Shown here piece by piece: positions 26,901-40,249 of a DNA stretch of 64,000 nt. Within the stretch, counting starts at the first letter, position 1. Each line of letters begins with the position of its first letter. Location: contig NC_087436.1 of the NCBI RefSeq assembly GCF_036321535.1, positions 28,956,001 to 29,020,000 of the forward strand. Reading direction: 5' to 3'. Source of the DNA: Camelus dromedarius (taxonomy: Eukaryota). The position numbers and the translations under genes were made by a program. The notes under the pieces are model-generated. The model did not search any database and was not told the DNA's origin. It saw only the letters and a list, made by a program, of their open reading frames with translations.

Positions 26901-28599
26901 TGTTAGAGTTACCCGTGACCATTAATTAAGGCCCAAATGCCATTCTACTCAGAAGGGCAATGATATGCTTTATGAGGAAAGGTCTTTCTTCCAAAGAAAT
27001 AGCAATTTGTCCACCCTTTGGCTGAACAATTATAGTTGATTATAAAAGCGCAAATGCAATTTATAAACCCATCTTGCTTAAAAGTGTTCTCCTTTTTTGG
27101 CATTTATTAAATTCATGTTTTTCAAACTGTGGATTTGACATACATTATTTAGTTTTTACTCAACACGCAAGGTTATAAAACAGAAAATGCACCCATAAAT
27201 ACCAGACGTATAAATCACATGCACTAGAGCCGAGAAGTGCTTTATGAAACTTGTTTTTTGGTCTTGTTTATTTCTGTGTCCCTGCGTATGCATTTATAGA
27301 TATTAGGCTACAATGTAAATTGCATTTCTTACAAAGTTATTTTTAATTTGAGAAACTCAATTAGAACATTACATGAAACAGTCTGAAAGTCAGTAAGAAA
27401 TACTACTTGATTTTCACAGCTATGCATCATCTACACCTCTTACTTTTCCCCAAAATGAGCTGAAAGAGTCAGCGTTCACAAAATTGGTTGTATAAAAGTT
27501 CGTGTTGACTTGAAAAGAGTGTTCAGAGTCGTGATCAGCGTTGTAGGAGTAAGAGAAAAACAAACGAAAGTTATTTAAATCCACTCAACATATATGGGCA
27601 TTCAAAACAGAAAAGTTCATTCATTCCAACACACAGCTTAGATACATGACCATATGAATATCATTTACAATTATAGCTATGTTAGCATTCTAACAAGATT
27701 GTTTTAAGTGAGATTTTACCTATCAGATCTATGCTTTTAAAATAGTATAATCACTCAGTCTTCCAATTCAATGAGGGAAACTGAGGCATCATCACATTAC
27801 CCTGTGGGAATCAGGGCTGGAGGAACCGATGCAAACAGCTATTGCTGTCAGTAATTGACTGTCTTTTGTCTCAGATCTGTCAGCAACCATGAAGTCGTGG
27901 CAGGCTACCTTATTAGCTTGAAAATCAGGCAAAATCAGACTCTTCACAGTTCTTGATGATTACCTACAGGTACTGATCATTTCTTAGTTCCTTAATACAT
28001 AATGAGAATGCATATACTTAGCTGTTAACCAAATACTCTCTTGGTTCCCTGACCTGTAGAGTCGGAGCTATTATAGTGAAAATGACCAATTGGAAGCCCT
28101 TAAACAGAGCGTTCCCCCCACCCTGGCCACCATACACCTCTGCCTTCTAAATGCTTCCCATACATGATCACCTGTCAACATTTCCACAACTAATGTTGTA
28201 ATTCAGCCATCCTCAAAATTCTAGATTCCTGTAACGGAATCCTAACACTGATGTCCCTGATTCCACTCTCCTCCCCCAAATTCAGGGATTCAGTATCAGA
28301 TCAAGAGGTTTTCTCTTCTGCTATTTCTCTTGAAACTCAGGAGGCCTCGGGTTAGAGCTTCATCAAAATTTCCACAACTTTGTTGGATCTGCCAAATACA
28401 GGAGCCCCAGGAGTTAGTATCCAGTTCGCTTCCTCCTTCCATGTAGTATCTAATGGACAGAATCTTCTTTGTATCCAGAGCCTCACTTAAAGAGGAGTCT
28501 ATAAAAAAAAATTTAGCTTTCCAACCCTAGCAAATAGGCAGAAGATGTAACTCGGTCTAGAGAGAGCCAGTGTCAATTCCTACCACACACCCCTGTGAT

Positions 28600-28990
28600 G
28601 CTTTCTACACAGCCACCTGGATGATTCCACGCTGCTACATACAACCCAAAGCCTAGCAAATCAAATGCAAATTTCTTATTATGGTTTAAAGTTTGTTCCA
28701 TGATCTGGTCTCTTCCTTCCCTCTTCTCCTACCTGCCCCCTTTCCTACATTCCACTTCATCCACACTGACCTTCTTTCTTTTCTGCCAACCCCAGTTTCT
28801 TTCTCCTTATACTTTAATCTCCCTGGAATTTTCCACTTGATTTTTGCGTACTGAATGAGTATTGAGTTTAGCTCCAATGACACTCCCTGTGAGAAACTTT
28901 TCATTTACACTCCAATCTAAAGTACTATCCCCCTTTGCAAAACCAGTCACTATTTACAATGCCATTTTGTATAACTTTCTTGATAGGAAT
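28600..28990 (+). mobile_element. L2 fragment
   Basis: 'caaatttcttattatggtttaaagtttgttccatgatctggtc...ccacactgaccttctttc' is L2-like. Confidence 0.5.
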
Positions 28991-29729
28991 GATAGCACTT
29001 GATTGTAGAAAATCAACAAAAACAATGAAAAGTTAGAAGTTATCTTAATATAAAGCCTTTTAAAGAAATTTCTATTCAAGAGAAGCTATATAGACAGAGC
29101 AGAGGACAGATCAGTACATTGTATTTAGATACCGTTCCTAAGCTCTTAAAAACTCCAGCACATTCTGTGCGTGTCTAACTTCATTCACTTGGAAATGAAG
29201 GCAGTTTAACCGGAGGAGAAGAAACAAGCTTCAGGCGTGCTTGAAGTTCTTTCCTGCAATACACCTCACCTTTGATTCAATATTTTTACACTACCACTTC
29301 GCCAGTTCTGTCATTATTTAACTTTCTAGAATATTTCTTATATTTTGTACACCTGTCTCTTCTACTGTGATAAAGTACTTGTACTACTCAGGAAGGGGCA
29401 GGGATTATATTTAAGCAAATCTAAGTATCCCACACTTCTTTGTGAATGGAAGGATCTGCTTCCCTCCCTTTTCCTGTGGGAAAGTACGATTAATTGACTT
29501 ACGTGGGTAGGTGTGCAGCAGCATCATGGCCCCGAGGCCGAGCACAAACCCATCTCTGTCTGTTGCACTGCTTTCCTGCTCTAACTCCAGGGCCAGTGCT
29601 AACCTTTTAGCTGGATCTTTTTTGCCAACTCCAGATACACATACATGAGAAATTCATAATTTCTTGTGAAAATACAGCAATCCAGATATTCTTTAGTTCT
29701 TTTGGCCAAGAACAAGCTAATAACCATTT

Positions 29730-29744
29730 CTATATATATATAGA

Positions 29745-29775
<31 letters not shown>

Positions 29776-29828
29776 ATATATACATATATGCATATACATT
29801 AATATAGTATATTATATACATATATATC
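29730..29828 (+). repeat. (TA)n/(TG)n compound microsatellite
   Basis: Directly visible. Confidence 0.95.
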
Positions 29829-29834
29829 TCTTCA

Positions 29835-30710
29835 GGATTTACAGCTATAAACAAAGAGTTCTTAAACTTAACACAAAAAAACACTAACCATAAAGGCAAA
29901 AATTTCTAAATTTGACCTTAAAGAAACTGGAAAAAAAAGTAAGTTAAAGATTAGAAGAAAATATTTGCAAACCACATATCTGACAAAAGACTTGTATCTA
30001 GACTATACAAAGGATTCTCAAAACTCAACAGTAAAAACCAAAAAATCCATTAAAATGGGCAGAAGACGTAAGAAATTTCACTGAAGAAGATATATGGATG
30101 CCAAATAAGTGCATGAAAAATATTCAGCATCATTAGGCATTAAGAAAATGGAAATTAAAACTACAAGGATGTATCACTACACATCTATCAGAATAGCTAA
30201 AATTTTAAAATATGATAATAACAAATGCCAGCATAGATACAATGAAACTGCTTAGAATAAAAAATAATATAGACATTCTGGAAAAGAGTTCAGCAGTTTC
30301 TTAAAAAACTAAAACTGCAATTATATACAGCCCAAGAATTATACTCTTGGGCATTTTAACCTAGAAAAAAAAAAATTGGATTCACACAAAATCCTGTACA
30401 TGAATGTTTAAAGCAACTGTATTCATGTTGCCAAAAAGTGGACACAACCCAGATGCTCTTCGGTGGGTGAATGGCTAAGCAAATTGTGCGACTTCCATAC
30501 CACAAAGTGCCACTCAGAGATAGTTGAGAAATTAACTGTTGGTACGTGCAACAATATGGGTACATCTCCAAGGAATGATTCTGGGTGAATAAAGCCAATT
30601 CCCAAAGGCTACATACTATATGCATGTGTTTGTGTAACATTCTTGAAATGACAAAACTATAGAAATAGCTAACATTTCTTGTAAATAAGTAAGAAAAAGT
30701 CAGTACCATC
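29835..30710 (+). mobile_element. L1M (L1MB/MC-like) ORF2 end and 3' UTR
   Basis: 'gaaaatatttgcaaaccacatatctgacaaaagacttgtatctag', 'atcactacacatctatcagaatagctaaaatt', 'aaagccaattcccaaaggctacatact'. Confidence 0.9.
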
Positions 30711-32709
30711 CGAAAAGGAGGTTCAGACTTGAAGAAAATTAAAGTCAGTTTGTAAATGAAAGCGCTTCAAAATCTCAAACTTTGTGTGAGATAAAATAAA
30801 GCATAAAGCATTTTGTTGGTATATGGCAATTATGAACAGTTTGTGCCAATCACTATAAATTGGATTGATAGTAGTAATAATCAAAATGTTAGCAGATAAC
30901 TTTTCCCCCTGTTGTATAATACATACAAATGTTGATTACATGAAATGTTATACAATAAAGGAAGTGCATTGTTTCTTGTAGTATTAGTGAAACAAACTGA
31001 AAATTTATTTTCCCGCTGAATATTTTCTAAGCAAATAGAAGGTTTTCAAAATGAAATTATCTTGACACCATTTTACATCAGAAAACCTAAGATCTGCGTG
31101 TATATTAGCTTCATAAAGTATTCTGTTTATTTGGAAATTTAGATCACTGCCTAGTAAAAATATAGATACTTCAGGAGGCATATTTACTTATGCAAAATAC
31201 TACCACATGTAATCCAGCTCACTGTGGCAGTCAGGGTCTTTTATGGTTCATTATGTAGAAATTTTTCTTAGAAGAGCTGCTAATCTCTTTCAGGACTCAC
31301 AAGTAGGACACAGAAAACTCCATTTTCAGTACTAACCTAAAGTTGCCAGACTTCAGACAAGTGCTCATTATCAGTACAATCAATTTTTTTTAAAGAAATG
31401 AACTAATTGTCAGCTTTGTGGCCAAATCTTAACAAAGTATTGAATATTTTTAGGTGCTCAGAAGTAATCTATAAACTCTCAGATAGAAATTTGTTCCTCA
31501 CAACTGCCATTAATTATTCTGAAATTTTTTAATTTTACATAAAATATATTTGAGGAGTGCTATAAATCAAATATTGAATAAAATGACAGTTTAGATTAGC
31601 TTTTCAAAAGAAAAGGCATGGGTGATGACCACTTATGAAAGACATTAGACAGTTTTTTCTACAATATTGCAGAGGTTGAATTGGAACGTGGAATTATCTT
31701 CCATTATCTCCTCCATATAATATTTCTTGGATACTCAACTTCAGTACAGTGGAGGAAGTAAGAAATTTCCAGAGATAATTTTTAAATGGATTTATTTAAT
31801 TTATTCAATATCCATTTGAAGGAAAGTTATTAAGCACCTTCTATTTTAATCAATATTCATTAGGTTGCTAAGAATAGAATACCATCACAAGTTAATTCAT
31901 TGTAAAAAGGTTTTTGGACTGAACGCCTACACCCTAGGTCTAGGTGCAATGAATGATAATCCCACCGGAGCCACAGGTAGTGGGGGAGAAGTTCTCTAAA
32001 GGAGATGTGGTGATTTTTAGAAGAAAAGGTGTAGAATAACATGCTAAGCAGACAAAAGAAAGATGTTAAAAAATGACAATATTTCAAAAGTCATACAAAT
32101 ACATAAAAAAAACATAGTTCACTACATCTTTTATATCCAAGGTATTTGAAACTTACATATACAACAATTCATGTAGCCTTCTCCAAGATACATGAAACTA
32201 ATATACTTTTCAGTATAGAGCAGGTAGTTATAATTTTATTTCATTGGTACAAAATGATATCATGCAATCATAACCATCAAGTAAAGTACCTAAAAAATAC
32301 AAATTCAGGAAATGACAATATTTCAAAATTATTATTTCCATTAGTGACTTTCAAATTGTTATTTTCCTTAATTTAATACTACTTTCAAGAAATACATGAA
32401 GAAATAAAATATTTTCCTTCACATTATAATTCCAACACTTTGCTCTTATATAAACCATGTTATCTTGCACCTAAAGTGCTATGTCTGGAGTATCATGTGC
32501 AATTTGAAGGGCCAACCAAGATTTAGGAAAGATGTGGATTCTATACGTTGTCAAACTCGGCTCTCTACAGCCTCCATTGTTTCAGCACCTGAACTGAGCA
32601 ACATTTTCCTAGTTGTAACTGGCTGGCCTTCTTTTTTGTTATCTTCCAGAGCACCTAATACCATGCCTTGTACATAGTAAGACCTCTCAAATTACATGAT
32701 TCTATATGC

Positions 32710-33310
32710 CTGTGATTCTCAAAGTATGGTTCAGAGTCCCTGAGACACCTTCATGTGGTCCACGATGTCAAAACTCTATTCGTAATAACACAGAGTTCAA
32801 AAATATTTTTGACGTAGCTTCTGCATTGCCACTAACTTTTAGAAACAATTTGTCAGGTGGTAGTGTGGTATCAAAGAAAAACATCCACATTATCTGAAAA
32901 GACTTAAAATACCTCTCCTTTTCCAACTACATACCTGTATATCTTATACAGCTGTTTACTTCATATTGTTTAATCATAGAACCGTATAGCAAGAGATTTA
33001 ATGTGGAAGCAGTTATAAGAATCCATGTGCCTTGTAATATCTAGACATTAAAGAGATTTACAATGTTGTGAAATAAGGCCACTCTTGTCAATTCTTTTTG
33101 GAAATACAGTTTTTATTTATAAAAGCATATAATTTATGGTAACATATAATGATTTTTATAATAAATACCATAAAAATATTTAAAATTTTATTTTTATTTT
33201 CAATACGGAAAATATCAAAGATAAAACCTATGTAAACAAAAGCTCAATGGTGTCCTCAATAATCTTCAAATGTGTTAAAGAGTTACTGACCAAATGCTTG
33301 AGAACCACTG
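32710..33310 (+). mobile_element. Charlie1-type hAT DNA transposon deletion derivative
   Basis: TIRs 'ctgtgattctcaa' / 'ttgagaaccactg'; perfect 8-bp TSD CTATATGC (32702-32709 / 33311-33318); Charlie1-like subterminal sequence. Confidence 0.92.
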
Positions 33311-33782
33311 CTATATGCAAAGAAATACATAAACATATGTGATGTATGTAACCAAATGCAATCCCATATAAGCAACTGAACTAATTTTACTGAACGGCAA
33401 AAGTGTTGTCAGCATGAGCTGAGCACTTTCCATGGGAAAGAATCTCATGAATGAAGAATCTACTTCCCTTTTTCTTTCTTTTTATTCTTCATGTAATCTT
33501 CTAATTAGTTCATTTATTATTAAGTATCTGTCAAACTTATTCCATGTGAAGAAAGATGACATAAACAGGACATCTGAGCATTTTACATACTGAAAAGAAA
33601 GCTCTTTAAATAGATTCTTAAATTGAAATATTTCATATAATTGAGATAGCATTAATACTTTCCTACAATATGAAAATCTCTGAAATGAATAGGAAAATTT
33701 AAGTTTCTACCATCATACCTGCCTATGATAGCTATTTGTCATGATAGGCTCTATCTATGAAGAACATACATACACTTTTTTT

Positions 33783-34700
33783 GCATTCATTCATTCATTT
33801 ATTCATTCATTCATTTTTGACAAATACTCATTGAGCCTTTACCTTGCCCGCGCACTCCACAAGATATTCAAAGTATTCTATGAAAGGAGACTTGCCTTGC
33901 AGTCCAGTGCTGGAATCTGGTCATACTATAGAAATCACAACCAGCACTTTATATTCAATAAAATAGGAATCCCACAAATTCTAGTGGAAACATGAGATGG
34001 GATACTCTAGAGACTTCTTGGAAGTTAGAAAATGGTTTGTATTATTTTACATGAAACTAGGAACAGAGAGTAAGGAAGGTAGTCCAAGCAAGGGGAACAG
34101 CACACTATCTAATTGGCACATTGTATAAAATATTGTGGCAATATTTGAAAATAAACTGAAAAGGTCAGCAGCAAGGGGAAGAGAAGAGGGTGGGAAACCA
34201 GAAACAGAGGAAAGGATAAGGAAGCTATTTGAATAATCTTACGTGAACTCCCTGAACTAAGACAGTGGCACTTGGGATAAAGAGAGGCTTCCAAGTTTCA
34301 GACTTTGGCATTTGGAGACAGGTGCTGAGAGAAAGATGGAAGAGAGATGGGGACATCCACCTGGGAATGTCTGGTAAGATGGGCAGATCTGGAGAAAGGC
34401 TGACATTTAACCCATAAAGCACAGTAATAGCAACAATAGTTTGTTATGAATGTGAATATGAAAAGCCAAGAAGAGTAAAGAGAGACAAACACCAGAGGCA
34501 GAGCCCAAGAAAAGAGAGTGTACAGGCAGAGGAGAAAGAGCATGTGTGTGAAACTGAGTGGTCATAGACAGAGATACGCATATGCAAGTAATGGGGTGCA
34601 GGGTCACGAAAGCCAAGAGAGGAGAGTACTTTGAGGAGAGAAGAAATAATAGTGCCAGAGGACACAACTGTAAATTAAAAATCATAACACTTGACTATAT
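33783..34700 (-). mobile_element. L2 LINE, 3' portion
   Basis: Starts with a (CATT)n tail and 'caaatactcattgagc'; purine-rich antisense L2 body. Confidence 0.75.
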
Positions 34701-34859
34701 TTTGACATAGAGATGCGAGATGAAGGAAACGAATATAGCAATTCTCTTGCCATCATGAACAATGGTCAGAATTTTGCTAGGAGAGTGCACCGATCTCTGA
34801 ACAATGTAATTCAAGAGAAAGTTCTTTGGGGAAGGTTTGAATGATAGTTAAAATACTTC

Positions 34860-35050
34860 AAAAGTTGGCACAACAGCAGAAGATTAAAGAAAACAGAGAT
34901 CTTCGGTCTATAGAGAAGAGGATTTAATGCGGTTCTTCAAGCAGCCCTTACTTACATGAAGGACTCTTAGAAGCAGCGCCTTCTCCGGAACCCACCACTG
35001 GGAGTTAAGAAGTTAAGACCAGAATGGCATTTACTGGGAAATGCTGTACT
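34860..35050 (+). mobile_element. Possible CR1/L3 LINE 3' remnant
   Basis: 'gagatcttcggtctatagagaagagg...ttacatgaaggactc' weakly resembles the CR1 ORF2 end. Confidence 0.3.
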
Positions 35051-37759
35051 CTAATTTGAAAGAATAGAACAAGTTTGTGATGAATGAAGAGAAATACATA
35101 TTTGAATTTGTTCGAAATGGAAATGGTAGGTAGGGGGAAGTTATAAAGACACACATTATGGTACCTAAGGGAATGTCAGCATTTAATTGAGGAAAATAAT
35201 GCCTTACTGAAGTATTTTTGGAGGTTTTATAGTCAGAATAATAAATATACATAATTTTGTTTGCAGACTACCTGACTGTAGCTTTTTATGGAGACTAAAC
35301 AGGTTTTGCTTCCAGTTATAAGAGAGTAATACTATGTCACTTTTGTATTTCCCCTAAATTTCAATTGTTGATGCAGTTTCATATTTCTAGAATGAGTACG
35401 GTAAACACAGTAAAATTTTGCTTTTTGTCTCCAATTGCTTCTGAATTGGAAGTATTATAAACATTAGAATAATTATTTAAAATTTATAGGGTACTGTAAC
35501 TTGTATACTCTGGGAGCATATGAAGATTAAAACTATAGTTCAGTAACAAAAGGAAGTATAAGTCTACTGAATTACTTTCTTAACCTAGGAAAATAATATA
35601 ATCTAAATTATCCTGTTAATTCCAAGTTTTATGATGCAATCTTTTGAGTGATCTCATTAGTATGAAAATGGCCAAAAATAGCCTGCTTGGCTGTATGTAA
35701 AAACTAAACCTTAAGTGATAGAATAGAATATTTTAGGAAGATATGATTGACCTTTCATGACTAATGGTTTGTGATTTATTGCTTTACCTCCCTTCCATAA
35801 AAATGGACTGTAGGAGAGTGATAGATACTTAAAAGGAACCTAGGGTCCTTTTTCCTGGCCAAATTTATGATGGACTTTACTATGCTTCCAAGAAGGAAAA
35901 GGGTATCTTCAAGGATGGTCATCTTGGGCATAAATTTAGCCATTATTGATTATATTGTCCTCTAGTTGAAGTAACTAATCTTTCAGCTGATGGCAAATGG
36001 AAGTAAAATGGTCTGATTATTTCACTTTGAATTTTAAAAGGCACGCAGTCAAGTTTAAACTTAGCCAGCTAAAAATAAAATAATGGAAAAAGGTGTTGTC
36101 ATCTCACTCAACAAAAATAGAAATGTTTTCATTACTTCAAAAATAATAAAAATATATTTTAGTAAAGAAGAAATCAACACTCCATTTCCCAGCAATATTT
36201 TGGAAACAGATCATAGAATGATAATGTAAGAAGACCAGATGGGAAACATAAGAAACCAAAATTAGACTTTCAAAATAATTCAGTTTAAGGTACATGGGAA
36301 CCTTGAAATAACTCCATGCTTTATAAACATTTATTATTAATTACACACAAATTTACCGAAGACAATTTATGTGGAAAAAATTAACCAAAAAACACATATA
36401 TACTTTTTTCTTAATGAAGTGAAACAGAAATTGGAAACTGTTTAGTGGTTTTTGTAGATCTTATTAAAAATAAAGCACAAAGTCCTTTCTGAATGTTATA
36501 ACACGTAGTATGTTACTGAGTATGAATCAACTGTAGCATATTACCAACTTTTACACAAAGAGCTTTTATTATAAGAAAAATTACTGCTAGTGTTTTCCTC
36601 ATTGGACCTTGTGCTTTGTATTTAAGAAGAATTTTTAAAAAACAATTACAAAGAAAAATTATGCACTATTTGATGTGAGGTGTAACACTAGTTGCAATTT
36701 AGCATATTTCTTTTGAAAATAATAGGGTCAATCATTTTATTTCAGGTCATATGATAAATTTGCACCCCACCTAAAATAGGGCCAATGCATCATATATTCA
36801 ATGTAACATTTGGTTAAATGGACTATTTAATCAAATTTCAGTGCCCAATTTTAAAAATCAGAGTTTATAATTTCTTAGTCAAACACTGTTGAACAAAGTT
36901 ACTTGTAATATTTCACACAGCTGTGAAATATTAAATATGATCACAGCTCCACAGTTAAAAATAAACAAAATTTATGAAATTATTTAGATAATTGAGAACA
37001 ATATACCAATATATTTTTATATGACTTCTTTTGCCAAAAAATAAAATAAAACTAAACAACATATATAAGGAGGGATTATGAAATTGAGGCAATTGACAAT
37101 TAAAAAGCAGGTCTCTGTATTTTCACGTAATAGGTTAACCTTAGAGAAATCTATGCTAAAAGTGAAGATTACCAGTCATGAGACTTTGACCTATTAACAT
37201 ATGTTCCTGTGAATACAGCTTAAAACTATTTATAAAAAAGGAACTCACAGAGCTCTTCGATACATTTATATAAGGTGTTATCCTAAATTCACTCATTACA
37301 AAAAAGAAGTTTACTATTAGCTTGGAACTCTGCAAGGTGGTTAGAATAAAGAAATGCATAAAAAGTAGTCCTCAACTTGAGTAATGAGGATCCTAAGCAA
37401 AAGACAGACATTATTACCTAGACTTTGTTTCTCTCAGTCCATCACCTACCATACCTCATCTGTCTATCAGGCCACAGGATCCTATCTTTATTCCTCAGAT
37501 ACACGAAAGGCTTTCCCACTGGAGGTTCTGTCGGCCTGGGATGCTATTTCTCAACCTTAAAGTCTTTGGCATTCACTAACAGCTGCCAATTCAGTGTGCC
37601 TACCTCTTGTCTTTTTGCTTAAAATTTTGTATAGAGGAAGAGATCGTATCTATCCCAAGCCAAATGTAATAATAATAGTCTACAGTTTCTTAAACCCCTT
37701 TGCTACTAGTGCATACGTATTTCCCATTTGCTGACAATACAACGTGAGCAAAAATTTGT

Positions 37760-38060
37760 TGGACGCTTTTATTTTCTGGGAAATCTGTTGCTTCCCTAAA
37801 AACAGACAACAGAGGTAAGTGTTCTTTACCTCTTTCTGCTTTGAGCAGAGGTGGGATGAATGGAAATGCAGACGCCATTAGGTGAGGCAACAAGCTTAAA
37901 GGAGAAATCCAAGAAGCGAGGGATACGTAATCACTGGTTTCATCACTGAATAACTAAACCATTGTAGCAACAGCCTAGCTCTGGAATTCTCAAATGAGAA
38001 AAAAACTATACATACATGCCATTACTGACTGGTTCAAAGCTCCAGCGCAAGTTCTGGCTC
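37760..38060 (+). mobile_element. Old ERVL/MaLR LTR fragment
   Basis: 'tgatgaatggaaatgcag'-like motif 'gatgaatggaaatgcagacgccatt' and 'cagcctagctctggaattctcaaatgagaaaaaa'. Confidence 0.45.
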
Positions 38061-38299
38061 AAACATAAGACTTGTTCTCTAAAATTCCTTACCCCACCAG
38101 TTATATTCAAGTGCCACCACCTTTTTAATTTATTTCCAAGCATGTGATTTTTCTCATTTTTTTATTCCTTCATTGTTTATTGTCTGTTTTCAGTTCTGGA
38201 TGGAATGCCATCTCTGTGAGGGCAGGGACTTCATCCTTTTGCACACCTTGTTCCTTTTGTACCCTTAAACCTGTCAGGGAGACAACACAGAGAGGTGGT

Positions 38300-39560
38300 A
38301 ACTGCCCAAATACAGGAGGCAGAGGAGGAGTTTTCAAAGTGCATGTGGAGGAAACATATCTGACAAGATAAATAAATACGGAGTAAGACAAGGAAACACG
38401 AAGAGATGGCAAGTGGTTATTTCTGAGTAGACCAGAGGGTCTGGTGAGAAGTAGCACAAATGAGGCTGAAAAGGGCATTTTAACATTGGAGGGAGTTTAG
38501 ACTTCACCTGCTATAACACGAGGGGTCTCCAATTAAATTAGTAAAGCAAACAATATGATAGCTATGCACTTTGGAAAGGTAAGTTTGATGCCTTGTGTAT
38601 TAGAAGGGAGAGAGATGAGGTTTGATGACCAGTAAAAAGAAATTGTTGCAGTGAGTTACGTGAAAAAGTGAAGGAAGCTTCTGTCAGGTTAAATTCATTG
38701 GAATGGAAGAGGACAGACATACTAAAGAGATTTGGGTCTAGAATCTATGTTGTAGTGATAAATTATAAGAAAAAGTTAATAATTTTATGTAAGTGTTTCA
38801 AAAGGAAGAAAACTTTTGGTATAACAGTAAAATTGGTTTTATTCATCTTGATTATAGAGTGCCTGTAGAATGGTAGGGTAATATATGTAATTATCATCAC
38901 CAGGCAGTAGTTAATCCTGGATTGAGACTAAGATAAACTGTCAGGCCAGAAGATACAAAAATGTAGATATTAGTTAAAAATATGAAGGTGGACAGAAACC
39001 TTTTAGACAGAGCATGCAGAGTGAGATAAAAAGAAGACCCAGAAGGGGACTTTGGGGAAACCCAACACTGAGTAAGAGAGGATAAAAAAATGATATGGAG
39101 AAGTTATAGTTAAAGACCTAGGAAAATCAGAAAAAAATTTCTTCAGACTACAATTAAAAGGACAAGTAAATACCTGGTAAGAAAATATTTTAAATGCCAC
39201 CAAAATATCAAGTTAGAAAACAAATATAAAGTGCATGCTATAGACACAGAACACAAACTTGTGGTTGCCAAGGGGGCGGAGAGTGTGAAGGGATAGACGG
39301 GATTTCAAAATTGTAGAACAGATAAACAAGATTATACTGTATAGCACAGGGAAAGATACACAAGATCTCATGGTAGCTCACAGAGAAAAAAATGTGACAA
39401 TGAATATATATATGCTCATGTATGACTGAAAAATTGTGCTGTACACTGGAATTTGACACAACATTGTAAAATGGTTATAAATCAATAAAAAATTAAAAAT
39501 AAATAAATAAATAAAGTGCATGCTAGATTCAGCAATTAAGATATATGGACTCTTAGAGCA
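38300..39560 (-). mobile_element. Degenerate L2, host of a young L1 insertion
   Basis: Antisense L2-like 'atgcactttggaaaggtaagtttgatgccttgtgt', 'gaagacccagaaggggactttggggaaacccaaca'; resumes after 39525. Confidence 0.6.
39241..39510 (+). mobile_element. Young 5'-truncated L1 3' end, camelid type
   Basis: 'aaacttgtggttgccaaggggg...actgtatagcacaggg...gacacaacattgtaaa', AATAAA plus (TAAA)n tail; perfect flanking repeat ATAAAGTGCATGCTA (39226-39240 / 39511-39525). Confidence 0.95.
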
Positions 39561-40249
39561 ATAGAAAAATTTCTGTTATGTATAAATGTTTTTCTGCTGA
39601 TCTCAGTGTATGTACACAACTTACTGTTTTTGTCTAAAGAAGAACAGCAGGAAAAGAGGAAGGTCCGCATTAGTTGGACACCTCTCCACTCTGGAAAGTG
39701 TGATAGTAGAGCCAGATGCAATTTAATTTCAGAATCCAGAAAATGCGCTGTTTCTGGCACACACACACAGATTCTGGAGCGTGTTATACCTACAACACAG
39801 AGCTTAAATCGACAGCACAATTGAATATGACTACCTGGTGCAAAACAAAGAGAATACAACTTGTCAGTCACATCACTCCATCAGAAACAGCCCCTCCACT
39901 CTTAACTTACCATTTCCGGTCATTTAAAACATCTAAAATGATAACTAGCAGTGAACATTATTGAGTTGGGAGGAGTGGCATGCATCGTTCCTTTAATATG
40001 GCAGAAAATACCCCTCTATTTAAGGAGGGATATTTCTAATTTAGAGTTACGTGGTAACAGCTGCATTTGTATCTCCATGGTCCATGGTATTTCATGCACA
40101 AATGGGTTAGCTCTACCGTGGGCTTTTCTGAATTCTCTTGGCTACTACCTGTTTGTGCATTAGATGCAGTTTATCCCCACAAAAAATTCTCCAGCAAGAA
40201 AGAGCCTTTTTATTTGTATGTGCCTATTGAATAATTGTGTTCTTTCCAG

